The notes: a model not told the origin generated them from the letters alone. DNA of 64,000 nucleotides from an uncultured Nitrospiraceae bacterium (GCA_963727775.1 CAVSHB010000002.1:192001-256000), one strand, 5' to 3'; numbered from the stretch's first letter, positions 49,964 to 60,059 are shown. Numbers and translations: made by a program.

Positions 49964-51439
49964 TCAAAAGTGAGGAGCCTTGACCGGCAGCTTCGCGGAA
50001 TCGATGCCTTCGCACAGCGCGTTATCCACCGTCAGGTTGCCCTTGTCGTCAAGCCTCACCGTCCAGATAGTGTCGTAGTCGCTGCTCGGCCAAGCGGGCG
50101 CCTTTGGGCCTACATAGGTCGGGAAATGGGTCGAGATGAGCGCATCTATTATCGGCGGGAAGTGAGCGTGCTCCCACGCGAGCAGCACGGTCTGGTTGGA
50201 GAATTTGCCGCCTTTGAAGAAAAAATCGCTGGTGAGCTGGGGCAAGTTCGTATCGAATATCTCCAAACCTGCAACCAGATAATAGGGCAAGTTGTTCGCT
50301 ATTGCATATGGCTGGACCGTTAACGAGGGTCTGACATACGAAAAATCGGAATTACCCAGAATGGCCTCAGCGCCCGGGGAAACCTGTGCGGGGTCGATCG
50401 AATAAACCTGCGTGGGACTGATTTTGCCTCGCAGGGCATTTGGAAGATACAGCGCGCGCCATTGCCCCGCAGCCACAAAGTTGCCGTCGTCCCATCCGCG
50501 CACCGGATGCGCCTCCGCGTGCCGGATCATGTAAACCGTCTCGTTGGTGTTGATGGCATTGATCCCCCCCGTCGCCGAGATTTTGAAAAGCGAAGGCGTC
50601 GTATCCGGGCCCGGGCATGATGCGCCGGCTGCCGGTGAGGGCAGCACGGGGTATGTGGAAGGCGGGTCCAGATTGCTGTTGTAGGTAACCAGGCCGGCGC
50701 TTCCGGACGGCGAGATTGAGATCGCATAGACATAGTTGGGGCCCATATAGGTCGCAGGGAGATCCAGGTTGTAATTCTTGAGATTTTTGATATTTTCCAT
50801 CAGGGCGTGGATGGTCTCCCACGGCGCAGAGAAGACATAAAAACCCGGCAGGGTTGTATTGATAAGACCGGCTGCCAAGGTTTCGTTGTTGCCGTCTGTA
50901 TCGTTGAAATCCAGTCCCTGGCAACCCTGGCAGACTACCAACGGCGCAGCAACTCCGCCGGGTACAGTCCCTGACGCATACGATGCATTAAGCGGGTAGC
51001 TATTGCCGGTAATTAAGGGCGAGCCCGCACCGCCCGCACCGGTTAGACTTATATGGTTGAGAAGGGCGAACTGCTGGATGGTCATCAGCGCCGCCATATC
51101 GGGATAGTTGTTTTCGGTCTGCAGATGGGTCATCGGCTCAAGCGCATAGATGCGGTTTACATTCCTTGTCCCCAATACTCGCTGCTTCAGATACCCGGCC
51201 ATGAGGAGCGTCCGCTGTAAACCCTGACTGGTGAGATTTGCGGTGCCCGGATCGACGTCACCGGACGCATGGTAAGCCAAATCATCGCTTACCACGAAGA
51301 TCAGATTGATATTGTCGGCCTTCAACGGAGCTGGATGTTTATTATCGCCGGAAGATCCTCCTCCACATCCCGATAAAAGGGAAATCAGTAGCGCCGTTAT
51401 AAAGACGCCTGTTCGCAGAACAGAAATCATTTGCTTCAT
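49964..51439 (-). CDS. Lipoprotein with a histidine-phosphatase-like domain
   Basis: Lipobox LSGC; VYMIRHAE...GQWRA...RP..TV...LAWEH. The N-half looks like a degenerate second copy. Confidence 0.7.
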   Translation of the reverse strand: MKQMISVLRTGVFITALLISLLSGCGGGSSGDNKHPAPLKADNINLIFVVSDDLAYHASGDVDPGTANLTSQGLQRTLLMAGYLKQRVLGTRNVNRIYALEPMTHLQTENNYPDMAALMTIQQFALLNHISLTGAGGAGSPLITGNSYPLNASYASGTVPGGVAAPLVVCQGCQGLDFNDTDGNNETLAAGLINTTLPGFYVFSAPWETIHALMENIKNLKNYNLDLPATYMGPNYVYAISISPSGSAGLVTYNSNLDPPSTYPVLPSPAAGASCPGPDTTPSLFKISATGGINAINTNETVYMIRHAEAHPVRGWDDGNFVAAGQWRALYLPNALRGKISPTQVYSIDPAQVSPGAEAILGNSDFSYVRPSLTVQPYAIANNLPYYLVAGLEIFDTNLPQLTSDFFFKGGKFSNQTVLLAWEHAHFPPIIDALISTHFPTYVGPKAPAWPSSDYDTIWTVRLDDKGNLTVDNALCEGIDSAKLPVKAPHF

Positions 51440-51470
51440 CTGTCATATCCTTCTGTTTTGCATATGAACA

Positions 51471-52901
51471 TCAATAGGAGTTCACACAATCGATAAGCTC
51501 TTGTTTCCCCATATATCCAATACCGCACCAGTAAACCGGCCAGGTTGTGTCGGTAATTGGATTAAAAGTATTCGTAATGGGAATAGAGTAATTGTGCCCT
51601 GAGAAATAGTGCCCTCTGTAAAATGCCTGTTTTGCGCTATTCGTGGCAAGAACCGGAAAAAGATGTGACAGGGAATCGTTCAGAAGACCATGTACGGAAT
51701 ACGCTTTTGAAAAAGTATAATAGCTATTGAACTGTTCCGGGTTAGCAGCGAGGTCATAGTTGAAGGAGGTATAGTCCGTGGCCTTCAAGGTGGCGCGGGA
51801 AAACGTAAAGACCTTGAATGCCGGGTTATTGCCGAAATAGGGAGCAATGCTGGGCGTTGTCACAGCCGGATTGCCGGGCGACATGATGCGATACTCGTCC
51901 ATATGGGTATGGGCGATAAACGTCTGGGTTATAAGACCCGGATATTTTGCAAGTATTTTCAAAAAACTTTCTTGATAGTCCTCATTCCACATCATTATGG
52001 CAGTTGAAATGTGACCGTTGGAATCAACAGCTTGTGCGGTTGAATATTTATCCGCGCCCGGAGGCACGTGCATTAAGAGCCATACCTTCTTGCCCCCGGC
52101 CTGGGCTGAAGCAAGCGTTAAATCAAACCAGTGAAGTTCAGCGGTTACCGCACTCGAAGTGGTGTCGCCGAAATAAGGGGAAAACTCGAATGTGTTGAGT
52201 CCTATAACCATCAAATCTGTGCCGGTCGGCTCTGCGGAATAATATCCTCCGCTCGTAAACGCATCAAGAAATGTCTGATGATCTACAGTGCCGTTCACAA
52301 AGTTTGTGTAATAGAGTTCCGCAGTATCGGAAAGAAAACTGCTGTCGGGTCCGAGGCCTGTGTATGAATCGCTATTTCCAACGGCGAACATGACGGGAAT
52401 GTTTCCCACATACGACCTCACCTGCTGCATAAAAAAGGCAATAGTCTTGTCGGTAAAGGCCTTCATGGCAGCGACGTCTGCAGGGGTTGGGTTTTGGGCG
52501 TTTGCGGGGTCGTAAAGTCCGTAGAACGTTTGAGGAAGGTAATGCCCCAGCATGTCGCCGGTAAAGATAATCAGCGGACTGGCTCCCATATTCTGCCTTA
52601 TGCTTGAGAGAGCGATCGCAAGCAAAGGGTAGTTGGTATCGCCGCCCCATACCGAAGGCGCTGATATGCCCGATGACTTAAAAATACTCTCCCACTCGCC
52701 GGCATCCGCAGCGACAAGCTTCGGAAAAAGAGACGGGTCATAGAAAGGATTGAAATGGACATCCGAGAAAACAAGCACCGGGAAGTCTTTGTTGCTGGTG
52801 TTGTTGGGCCCGCTGTCACCACCGCACGCAGCCAGTTGCAATTGGAGTATCAGGGCCAAAATCAAACCGAAAAGTCTTATATTTCTATAGCACGTGTTCA
52901 T
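51471..52901 (-). CDS. Lipoprotein metallophosphoesterase, acid-sphingomyelinase-like
   Basis: Lipobox LAAC; SDVH, TGD, GNSD, MHVPP, HTH, NNPAF motifs. Confidence 0.85.
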   Translation of the reverse strand: MNTCYRNIRLFGLILALILQLQLAACGGDSGPNNTSNKDFPVLVFSDVHFNPFYDPSLFPKLVAADAGEWESIFKSSGISAPSVWGGDTNYPLLAIALSSIRQNMGASPLIIFTGDMLGHYLPQTFYGLYDPANAQNPTPADVAAMKAFTDKTIAFFMQQVRSYVGNIPVMFAVGNSDSYTGLGPDSSFLSDTAELYYTNFVNGTVDHQTFLDAFTSGGYYSAEPTGTDLMVIGLNTFEFSPYFGDTTSSAVTAELHWFDLTLASAQAGGKKVWLLMHVPPGADKYSTAQAVDSNGHISTAIMMWNEDYQESFLKILAKYPGLITQTFIAHTHMDEYRIMSPGNPAVTTPSIAPYFGNNPAFKVFTFSRATLKATDYTSFNYDLAANPEQFNSYYTFSKAYSVHGLLNDSLSHLFPVLATNSAKQAFYRGHYFSGHNYSIPITNTFNPITDTTWPVYWCGIGYMGKQELIDCVNSY

Positions 52902-53453
52902 AACTGCCTCCCATAATGTTATTGAGCGCTAAAACCCGGCTAATATTTTATGCGTCAGTTCTTTTTGTCCGGTGGCTCTTTTCCCCCATGTTTAGAACAC
53001 TATCAGATTCTGCTTCAAGTAGCAACTCATCGAAAGCGCAAAGCGCACCTTGCCTTTTGGGTCTCCCGAACCTATCCGTTGTCAAAGGAATAACATCGTG
53101 CCTGAGAAGTTGCGCAAGACAGCAGGCAGTCCGCTCATTGAAGGTTATGACAGAAGACAGCACACCACTGAGCGATGTCGTTTTACGCTTCAGCCCGCAT
53201 CCCGGCATGACTATACTGCCACGGGATGCGGACTCCCGCCTGATCTTCAGCTATTGAAAAGGTTAGGGTAAAATCTTCATTGTTGATAATTGATTTTCAA
53301 AAGAAACACGCATACTTGTCGCGTTCAATAATTGGGAGGACTTCTGTGAGCAGTTCAAACTTGCACCAGGCTCAGACATTGCTGTATCCTAAAACTCAGA
53401 CATACTGCATAAGATCTGCTCACTGAAATCCCCATTCATAGGAGAGAACGCTA

Positions 53454-53871
53454 ATGAAGAAAAAGCCTGTTTTCGGGTTTCTTTTTTTTGTTTTGATGGT
53501 TTCGGCGGCACTATGGCCCATAAGGTCTGCGCGAGCCGAGGAGGTAGTGCGGGCAAAGCTTACCAACGGCCTCAGGGTAGTGATCGTCCGGAATCCGCTT
53601 GTGCCGGTAGCCACGACAGTGGTCAATTACCTTGTCGGTTCCGATGAGGCTCCCGCTGGATTCCCTGGTATGGCTCACGCACAGGAACATATGATGTTCC
53701 GTGGAACCCCCGGGCTCACAGCCGACCAGCTTGCGCGCATTACGGCGGAGATGGGGGGCAATTTTGACGCTGACACCCAGCAGAATGTAACACAGTATTT
53801 TTTTACCGTGCCGGTCGAAGACCTGGATGTGGCCTTGCACATAGAAGCAATACGGATGAAAGGCGTCCTAG
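53454..53871 (+). pseudogene. M16 (pitrilysin-family) zinc peptidase, 5' fragment cut by IS1182
   Basis: Signal peptide, LTNGLRV, GSDE, HAQEH (HxxEH); the frame runs into the IS end (LGVCRT*). Confidence 0.85.
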
Positions 53872-55574
53872 GAGTCTGTCGGACTTGAATTGCTGTTTTT
53901 GACAGCGGTTGGAATCCGAGAGAGTCGATTGTAGTTATTTTTCATGATTTGATCGTCTGTCATCGGTTCTTTCCTGCCGGTGTTTTGTTGGATACATTAT
54001 GCCATCGCCATTTTCAGGCGCCTACCTGGCTGTTCCTCAATGCATGCAGCCTTTTGATGTTCCATGCAATGCAGATCATATCCCACTCGCCATTGACTGC
54101 AGTAAAACCACGCAACAGGAATCGGTCAAATCCCATAGCTGCCTTGATTACCCCAAACGCCGGCTCCACAGTACTCTTGCGTATCGCATAAATTGCCTTA
54201 CCGGCAACTGTCTTCAACCGATGTTTCATTCTTGTCACTGCATCAGCATCAACCGGCAATGGAGGCGGTTCGACGAATCGCTCCCATAAAGGCTGATTAT
54301 GACTCTGCCGATCTACTGCTATATATGGCTCTATTCCTTTGCTCTCACATTCTTGCACATTTGCTTCGCTGTAATACCCGCTGTCGGCTATTATAGTTTT
54401 TACTTTGCCAAGTTGTTCGGGCAGATATGTAAGCGCTTCAAGCGCTGGTTTCATCTGCTGTTTGTCATTGGATTGTTGTGTTACATGCGTTGCGACAATA
54501 AGCATTGTTTCTGTATCCACGGCTGCTTGAGCATTATAAGCCTGCTTGAATCCTCCACCCGATGCCGGCATTATGCGAGATTCTTCATCGGTCAGATTGA
54601 CCTGATCTTTGTCAGTTGGCCCGGCTGCAGGCGGCTTGGGTCCTTTGCCTCGGGGTTTCTTGCCGCTCTGCTTTTGTTTGGCTACACGCTCTGCCTGTTT
54701 CTTTTCACTGTCGGCTTGTTCCATTGCATGCCGCTCTGCCGCACGGCGCTCTATCTCAGCTTTTGCTTCAGCTATCATTTTCAGCCGCTTCTCTCGCCGC
54801 TCCAGCTCTTCCGGGATGTTCATGCCGTCAGGAATGTCAGCTTTGTCAGCAGCCTCAGCTTTCTTCATCAGTTCCGCCACTTCCACTTTCAACTTATTCT
54901 CTATTTTGCATGCATGCCCGTAGCTCAACGCCTTGTGCTTTGAGGCATTGGCTTTCATTTTGGTCCCATCCAAGCTGACCGTGCCTAACTTCAATACCCC
55001 GGTTTCTGCTGCTATCATTAGTATCTGCACAAACAGTTCTTTCAGCTTAGGCAAAAACCGACGTCGAAAGGTTGCTATTGTGTCATGGTCAGGGTGACTG
55101 TTGGCTGCCACATACCGGAATGCTACAGAGTCGTACGTGCTACGCTCTAATTGCCTGCTCGAAAAGACTCCCGTCGCATATCCGTAAAATAATAATGCCA
55201 CCAGCATCTCAGGGCTGTATGCCTCACTGCCTCGTCCTGCATAATCATTTTTCAACCGGTCAAGATTAAGCTGATCCACTATCTCTACGACAAATCTCGC
55301 CAAGTGACCCTCGGGCAACCATTCCTGCACCGACGGCGGAAATAAATATATCGTCTCTCTGTCACATTGTTTGAACATTATGCTGATCTCCTGTTGTTCA
55401 TTCTTATGCCGCTTGTCTATTATGCCATAAGGAACGCCCATGCAGGTCTGTCGGACTTAGATAATTACAGGCCGAAAAGATTTCTGCTGCCCAGTTTGCA
55501 ATAAAGGTTCTTAAGAGACTGCCGTGTCCTTCAAGAAGTAAACTTTTCAGAAATGTTGAAAGTCCGACAGACTC
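53872..55574 (-). mobile_element. IS1182-family insertion sequence
   Basis: IRs GAGTCTGTCGGACTT / AAGTCCGACAGACTC, flanked by CTAG at 53868-53871 and 55575-55578. Confidence 0.88.
54014..55378 (-). CDS. IS1182-family transposase
   Basis: LFPPSVQEWLPEGHLARF, SSRQLE, PDHDTIATFR, LDGTKMKANAS, NLTDEESRIM, ADSGY, RKSTVEPAFG. Confidence 0.93.
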   Translation of the reverse strand: MFKQCDRETIYLFPPSVQEWLPEGHLARFVVEIVDQLNLDRLKNDYAGRGSEAYSPEMLVALLFYGYATGVFSSRQLERSTYDSVAFRYVAANSHPDHDTIATFRRRFLPKLKELFVQILMIAAETGVLKLGTVSLDGTKMKANASKHKALSYGHACKIENKLKVEVAELMKKAEAADKADIPDGMNIPEELERREKRLKMIAEAKAEIERRAAERHAMEQADSEKKQAERVAKQKQSGKKPRGKGPKPPAAGPTDKDQVNLTDEESRIMPASGGGFKQAYNAQAAVDTETMLIVATHVTQQSNDKQQMKPALEALTYLPEQLGKVKTIIADSGYYSEANVQECESKGIEPYIAVDRQSHNQPLWERFVEPPPLPVDADAVTRMKHRLKTVAGKAIYAIRKSTVEPAFGVIKAAMGFDRFLLRGFTAVNGEWDMICIAWNIKRLHALRNSQVGA

Positions 55575-55851
55575 CTAGGTGGAATCGTATATTACTTAGA
55601 ACCCCCCTGGCTATGAGGTCACTGATAGACCAAAATTCTTTACTGGCATTGCGAGCCTTACACTGCTGTGCCTGACGAACACCATTCTTTTGAATGATCC
55701 AAAGATCGACTCCTTGCTCGTCATCACCGACGCCCTCAATGGTGACAGATTTAATTTTCTCTTCAAGAAGGGAAAGAAGTTGAGTGGCAACCCATCGGCC
55801 TTCATACCGGTTGCCAAGTTTATCCGCCAATCCTCCTGATTCAAATGGCAT
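55575..55851 (-). pseudogene. 5' fragment of a PD-(D/E)xK nuclease-led gene (typical N-terminus of large STAND/AVAST-like proteins), cut by IS1182
   Basis: GGLADKLGNRYEGRW...E...GVDLW...QQCK; the frame runs into the IS end (LGVCRT...). Confidence 0.65.
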
Positions 55852-56116
55852 AGTTTGTTAATGATAATATGACCGCTTTGCTGAATACAAGAAGGCAACT
55901 CTTTTGTCGGCGATTAGGTCAAAGTGCAAACGCAGTCCGTGGGATCAGGTGTTTATTCTTTTCTGACAAAGCTTGTTGAGTGTGCCCCTGTAACAATTTC
56001 CGTTTCTAACCTGCAGCGTGGTCACGGTGCTCTGAAGGTTCGATTACTGTGAGCAAGTAGCACCGCCACACCTGAAAGCCCGCATCAGTGTAAGATAAGA
56101 ATCCTTTTTCTACTAT

Positions 56117-56449
56117 TCAACGGTAATATTCGCTGATTAGCTGATTTTGATAAGAGCGGGCTTTTCTTTCTTTTCTCCTCTCCCGTGTAATAACCCCCAC
56201 AAGAATTCCCATTCTCCCTAAGAATAATATTACGAACGCCCAGCGCATAGTGGTATTTATATCGTATGGGTCTCGTTCAGCCTGGGTAAAATCTACGTTC
56301 ATGTGTTTAAAGCCTCTGTCCATCTTTTCTTCGAGCCTCACCATCTCAGTTTCGATGTCGCTATCCTTGGGACGATCCGCGGCAAATAAAAGCGAAGGGT
56401 AAAAAACTAAGTAACTCAATAATAAAACAAATGTTGTTTTCGTAACCAT
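56117..56449 (-). CDS. Hypothetical exported/membrane protein
   Basis: Signal peptide, coiled coil and a C-terminal hydrophobic segment. Confidence 0.5.
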   Translation of the reverse strand: MVTKTTFVLLLSYLVFYPSLLFAADRPKDSDIETEMVRLEEKMDRGFKHMNVDFTQAERDPYDINTTMRWAFVILFLGRMGILVGVITRERRKERKARSYQNQLISEYYR

Positions 56450-56595
56450 ATCCTATATACATAAATATTCCACTCCAGCCGAAACAAACAAATAAATTTC
56501 AATTTCGGCGAAAAAGTGGGTGTAAGTAACTTGACAAATGGTCTGCCCCAATTTATATACAGCAAGGACAAAAAAAGACATAAGAAGGAGACACC

Positions 56596-56661
56596 ATGAA
56601 GGCTCAGTTAAGAGGTGCATTTATCCAGGGATACATGTTGGGTGAAGATAAAAAGCCTTGA
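56596..56661 (+). CDS. Possible 21-aa leader peptide
   Basis: AAGGAG RBS; MKAQLRGAFIQGYMLGEDKKP; downstream of a TTGACA at 56531. Confidence 0.3.
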   Translation: MKAQLRGAFIQGYMLGEDKKP

Positions 56662-56701
56662 GCCCGCGCATAGCCCCAAAAGAGAAAGGAGACTTTTATA
56701 G

Positions 56702-57163
56702 ATGAAGAAAAAGACATATGTGATTGACACATGCGTTTTGATCGATGATCCGGATGCCTTTTCCAAGCTCGGCAAAAACCAGATTGTTATTCCCGGCGCG
56801 GTTATGAAGGAGCTTGATGGTCTGAAGAGAAGCTGGGATCCCGATAGGGCTAAGCCCGCCAGACAGGTTACAAGGATTCTCGACAGGCTGAGCAGACGTC
56901 AGGACATTAAATTGGGGGCCACAACGTCTGCAGGATCTATTGTAAGAATATACAACAGTCACGCGGTAATAGATGACCTTGCCAGCGGCGCCGACAATAG
57001 GATTGTGGGTACGGCAATACAGCTAACAATGGATGGAGATTATGTGATTCTCCTGACCAACGATGGGAACATGAGGAATATTGCAAGATCTTATGGCGTA
57101 ACGGCAGAAGGTTACCCTCTCAGTCCAGATACTCTGATTAATAAATCAAAGAGGGCAGCTTAA
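56702..57163 (+). CDS. Stand-alone PIN-domain ribonuclease (PhoH2-type PIN without the ATPase)
   Basis: YVIDTCVLIDDP, VIPGAVMKELDGLK, ADNRIV, LLTNDGNMR. Confidence 0.85.
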   Translation: MKKKTYVIDTCVLIDDPDAFSKLGKNQIVIPGAVMKELDGLKRSWDPDRAKPARQVTRILDRLSRRQDIKLGATTSAGSIVRIYNSHAVIDDLASGADNRIVGTAIQLTMDGDYVILLTNDGNMRNIARSYGVTAEGYPLSPDTLINKSKRAA

Positions 57164-57302
57164 AAGAATACCATGATGGATCCTTTATGTGGCAGCGGAG
57201 GCCTTTAGTCTTATCCCTGGTTAGACTGATTGTCCGTAGCCCAAAGAAACCAGGATGGCTATCGATAAAAATAACTTATAGATCCCAAAAGGAAGGAGGG
57301 AA

Positions 57303-58295
57303 ATGAAACAGATGAAATCAGACCTTAAACCTTATGAGCAAGTTAAAACCTTCTTTGTCCTTGATTCCTCCGATATGAGGAAGACCAGAGACCAACGGTC
57401 TTTTCTTGCCCTAAACTTGTCCGACAAGAGCGGCCAAATCAAGGGATACATCTGGGATGACCCCGAAGAGAAGGCGGAAGATCTGCGGGGCGTGTCATAC
57501 GTATATGTAGAAGGAAAGACGAAACCGCATAACGGTACACTGATATTGTCGATCGAAGAGATAAGGTCGGCCCGCGAAGAGGAAATTGTTACAGCAGATT
57601 TTTTGGAGGTGGTTCCGGGAGGGGTGGATCTTTGGATGAACTCCTTACATGAGAAGATCGAGACGATCGAAGATATGAATTGCCGATTGATTCTGGATTC
57701 GCTGTTTTCGGATCAAAAGTTTCTGGAAGACTTCAGAATCGCGCCGGCCGCTATGACCGTGCATCACAATTATGTGGGCGGGCTGGTTGAACATTCAGTT
57801 AACACCATGTCACATGCAGCATACATGTCTGATAAATATCCTGCGCTGCTGGACAGGGATCTGCTTCTGACAGGGTCTCTCCTGCATGACATCGGAAAAA
57901 CAAGGGAGTTGACCTCCGGAATAACAAGGTCGTATACCACGGAAGGCAAACTCCTAGGACATATTTCGCTTGGGGTCATGATCCTCGATGAGAAGCTTCG
58001 TCTCATGAAAAGATTCCCGGAGGATCTCGGGCTGCTCCTGACGCATATGATCCTATCTCACCATGGAAGTCTCGAGTTTGGCAGCCCTGTCAAGCCGGCA
58101 ACTCCAGAGGCTGTTGCGCTTCATCATATTGAAAACACGGACGCTAAAATGAACCACCTTTTCTGCCATCTGAAGGACTCCGACCCGGAAGGCGCATGGA
58201 GTTCCTATGACAAGTACCTCGCATCAGAAATCTATCAAAGAAAACCGAAGAAGGAAATTGCTGACCGGTTAAGGGAGGTGGGCGCGTATGAGTAG
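57303..58295 (+). CDS. YhaM/Cbf1-family 3'-5' exoribonuclease (OB fold + HD)
   Basis: LSDKSGQI OB fold; HHNYVGGLVEHS, LHDIGK, YTTEGKLLGHI, SHHG..EFGSP...PEA. Confidence 0.9.
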   Translation: MKQMKSDLKPYEQVKTFFVLDSSDMRKTRDQRSFLALNLSDKSGQIKGYIWDDPEEKAEDLRGVSYVYVEGKTKPHNGTLILSIEEIRSAREEEIVTADFLEVVPGGVDLWMNSLHEKIETIEDMNCRLILDSLFSDQKFLEDFRIAPAAMTVHHNYVGGLVEHSVNTMSHAAYMSDKYPALLDRDLLLTGSLLHDIGKTRELTSGITRSYTTEGKLLGHISLGVMILDEKLRLMKRFPEDLGLLLTHMILSHHGSLEFGSPVKPATPEAVALHHIENTDAKMNHLFCHLKDSDPEGAWSSYDKYLASEIYQRKPKKEIADRLREVGAYE

Positions 58296-58575
58296 TCGCG
58301 GCAGAGAGCAAAGGAAGGTAACAATGCAAAAGGTAAATGCGGAAGATACGCTGGAAAATAAACCGGAAGTGATTTGGCACCTGAATATAGATCAGATCGA
58401 CGAGATCAGTGGTAATGTGAGTTTTACCATTGCTGTTCTGGATGCTATTAGTGTAATGGGTACCGCCTGTGGGAATCTTGAGATTAAAGGGCGAACATTG
58501 CTGCGTCTCGCGTCTGAAGCAGAAAAAAGAATGGAGCGCGTCAAAGAAATCATGACTGCCAGTAAAATTTACTGA
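58288..58575 (+). CDS. Hypothetical protein
   Basis: 95 aa, overlaps the yhaM-like stop, GGAGG RBS. Confidence 0.55.
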   Translation: MSSRGREQRKVTMQKVNAEDTLENKPEVIWHLNIDQIDEISGNVSFTIAVLDAISVMGTACGNLEIKGRTLLRLASEAEKRMERVKEIMTASKIY

Positions 58576-58723
58576 AAACACGGATGCTAAACGGAGGAAC
58601 TCTCAAAAGAATTATTTTCCGGGATAGGCTGACTATTCACAGGAGTGTTGGTAATAATTGGCATCTGCTTCCCTGGGATGCATGTCAGTTTATAAGTGAA
58701 AAAGGATTGATGGAGGAGAGAAC

Positions 58724-59338
58724 TTGAAAGTTGCTATTTACGGGAGAGTCAGCACTATAGACAAGGGGCAGGACCCTGAGATGCAGATGAAACCCCTTCG
58801 GGAGTATCGTTTGGCACGAGGATGGGAACTTGAGGGGGAGTATGTTGATTATATTACCGGCGTCAAGGATCGCAGGCCCAAGCTCGACTTGCTCATGGAC
58901 GCTGCAAGGAAAAGACAGATCGATGGCGTCCTTGTGTGGAAACTGGATCGCTTCGGGAGATCTCTGAAGCATCTTATTGCCACCGTTGATGAGCTTAATA
59001 GCCTGGGAGTCGGGTTTGTGTCCTACCAGGAGAACATTGACCTTACGACTCCTGTGGGCAAGCTTATGTTTCATATTATTGGTGCGATGGCCGAGTTTGA
59101 ACGCGAATTAATCAGGGAAAGAGTTCGTGCAGGCATTGCAAACGCAAGAACAAAAGGAAAGCAGATCGGCAGGAGGGTACTTTCTCCGATAAACCGGCGT
59201 AAAATCATCGAGGCCTATGAGCAGAATCCCGGTCTATCAATTCGGCAGATTGCAAAGGAGACAAAGCAAAAGCCCAGCACTGTTCACAAAACCCTATCAC
59301 TTTTGAGAGCAGGAAAGATAGACAGAGAAGGGTTTTAG
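58724..59338 (+). CDS. Serine recombinase (resolvase/invertase)
   Basis: IYGRVST, RPKL, VWKLDRFGRS, AEFERELIRERV.AG and a C-terminal HTH. Confidence 0.93.
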   Translation: MKVAIYGRVSTIDKGQDPEMQMKPLREYRLARGWELEGEYVDYITGVKDRRPKLDLLMDAARKRQIDGVLVWKLDRFGRSLKHLIATVDELNSLGVGFVSYQENIDLTTPVGKLMFHIIGAMAEFERELIRERVRAGIANARTKGKQIGRRVLSPINRRKIIEAYEQNPGLSIRQIAKETKQKPSTVHKTLSLLRAGKIDREGF

Positions 59339-59423
59339 TGTGAGTGTTTCTTCTGTCCACAAAAGAAATGTTTTATAGACAAAGAATAAACACTGAGTTA
59401 ACTTCATAGGATAAGGAGGACAC

Positions 59424-59750
59424 ATGAGAGAACGCTATCAAAATGAAGAATATGTCACTTGGCCTGAATTTATTGTCTTAGCGGTTTTCAATACCTTGGC
59501 CATGATTCCTAACAACCTCACCGGCATCATCATGTTTTCAATCATCGGCAGTATAGGCGGTTGGCTTTTAGGGCTATCACCCGTAGGAACGTGGATTGCA
59601 GGCGGACTTAAATTGATTCACGTGGAGGCGCAGGCAGTCGATATCTACAAGCTTGGTGCGCTGCTTGGCTTCACAAAAGGATTTTTGCTGAGAGAGCCTG
59701 GCACAAATGTGAAGCGGTATACGGTGGCAGGAACCAGAAAGCTGTGGTAA
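59424..59750 (+). CDS. Hypothetical membrane protein
   Basis: AAGGAGG RBS; two or three hydrophobic helices. Confidence 0.6.
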   Translation: MRERYQNEEYVTWPEFIVLAVFNTLAMIPNNLTGIIMFSIIGSIGGWLLGLSPVGTWIAGGLKLIHVEAQAVDIYKLGALLGFTKGFLLREPGTNVKRYTVAGTRKLW

Positions 59751-59992
59751 AAAGGTTATAGTGGATAATTTGTGAATCGGCATGCACCTGGTCGCCTTGA
59801 ATTTTGAAGCCGTCGCTCAATATCCAGTGACTTCAAAACCCATCTGGTATGCCTCTTATGCCGTTCATTGGATCGAACGGCCATTTGTTAAATCTCTCAA
59901 CCATTTTCTCATATGCCCCGGTCTTATTTCCGGAAATAAAGATTTTTTGGCGAGATAAACCATCCCACCCGCACTTTACAAAAAATACTATA

Positions 59993-60045
59993 TTGACTGG
60001 TTTGTTTAAATTTAATATCATATAGCTAAAATAGCCATATTAGCT
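59993..60045 (+). promoter_or_regulatory. Promoter/operator of the phd-relE pair
   Basis: TTGACT-17-TATCAT, followed by the palindrome AGCTAA-N10-TTAGCT. Confidence 0.55.
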
Positions 60046-60059
60046 GAGAGGTGATTATA

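Noticed and set aside
52916..53271. Overlapping ORFs between the phosphoesterase and M16 genes
   Set aside because: No RBS or protein-like composition; probably intergenic.
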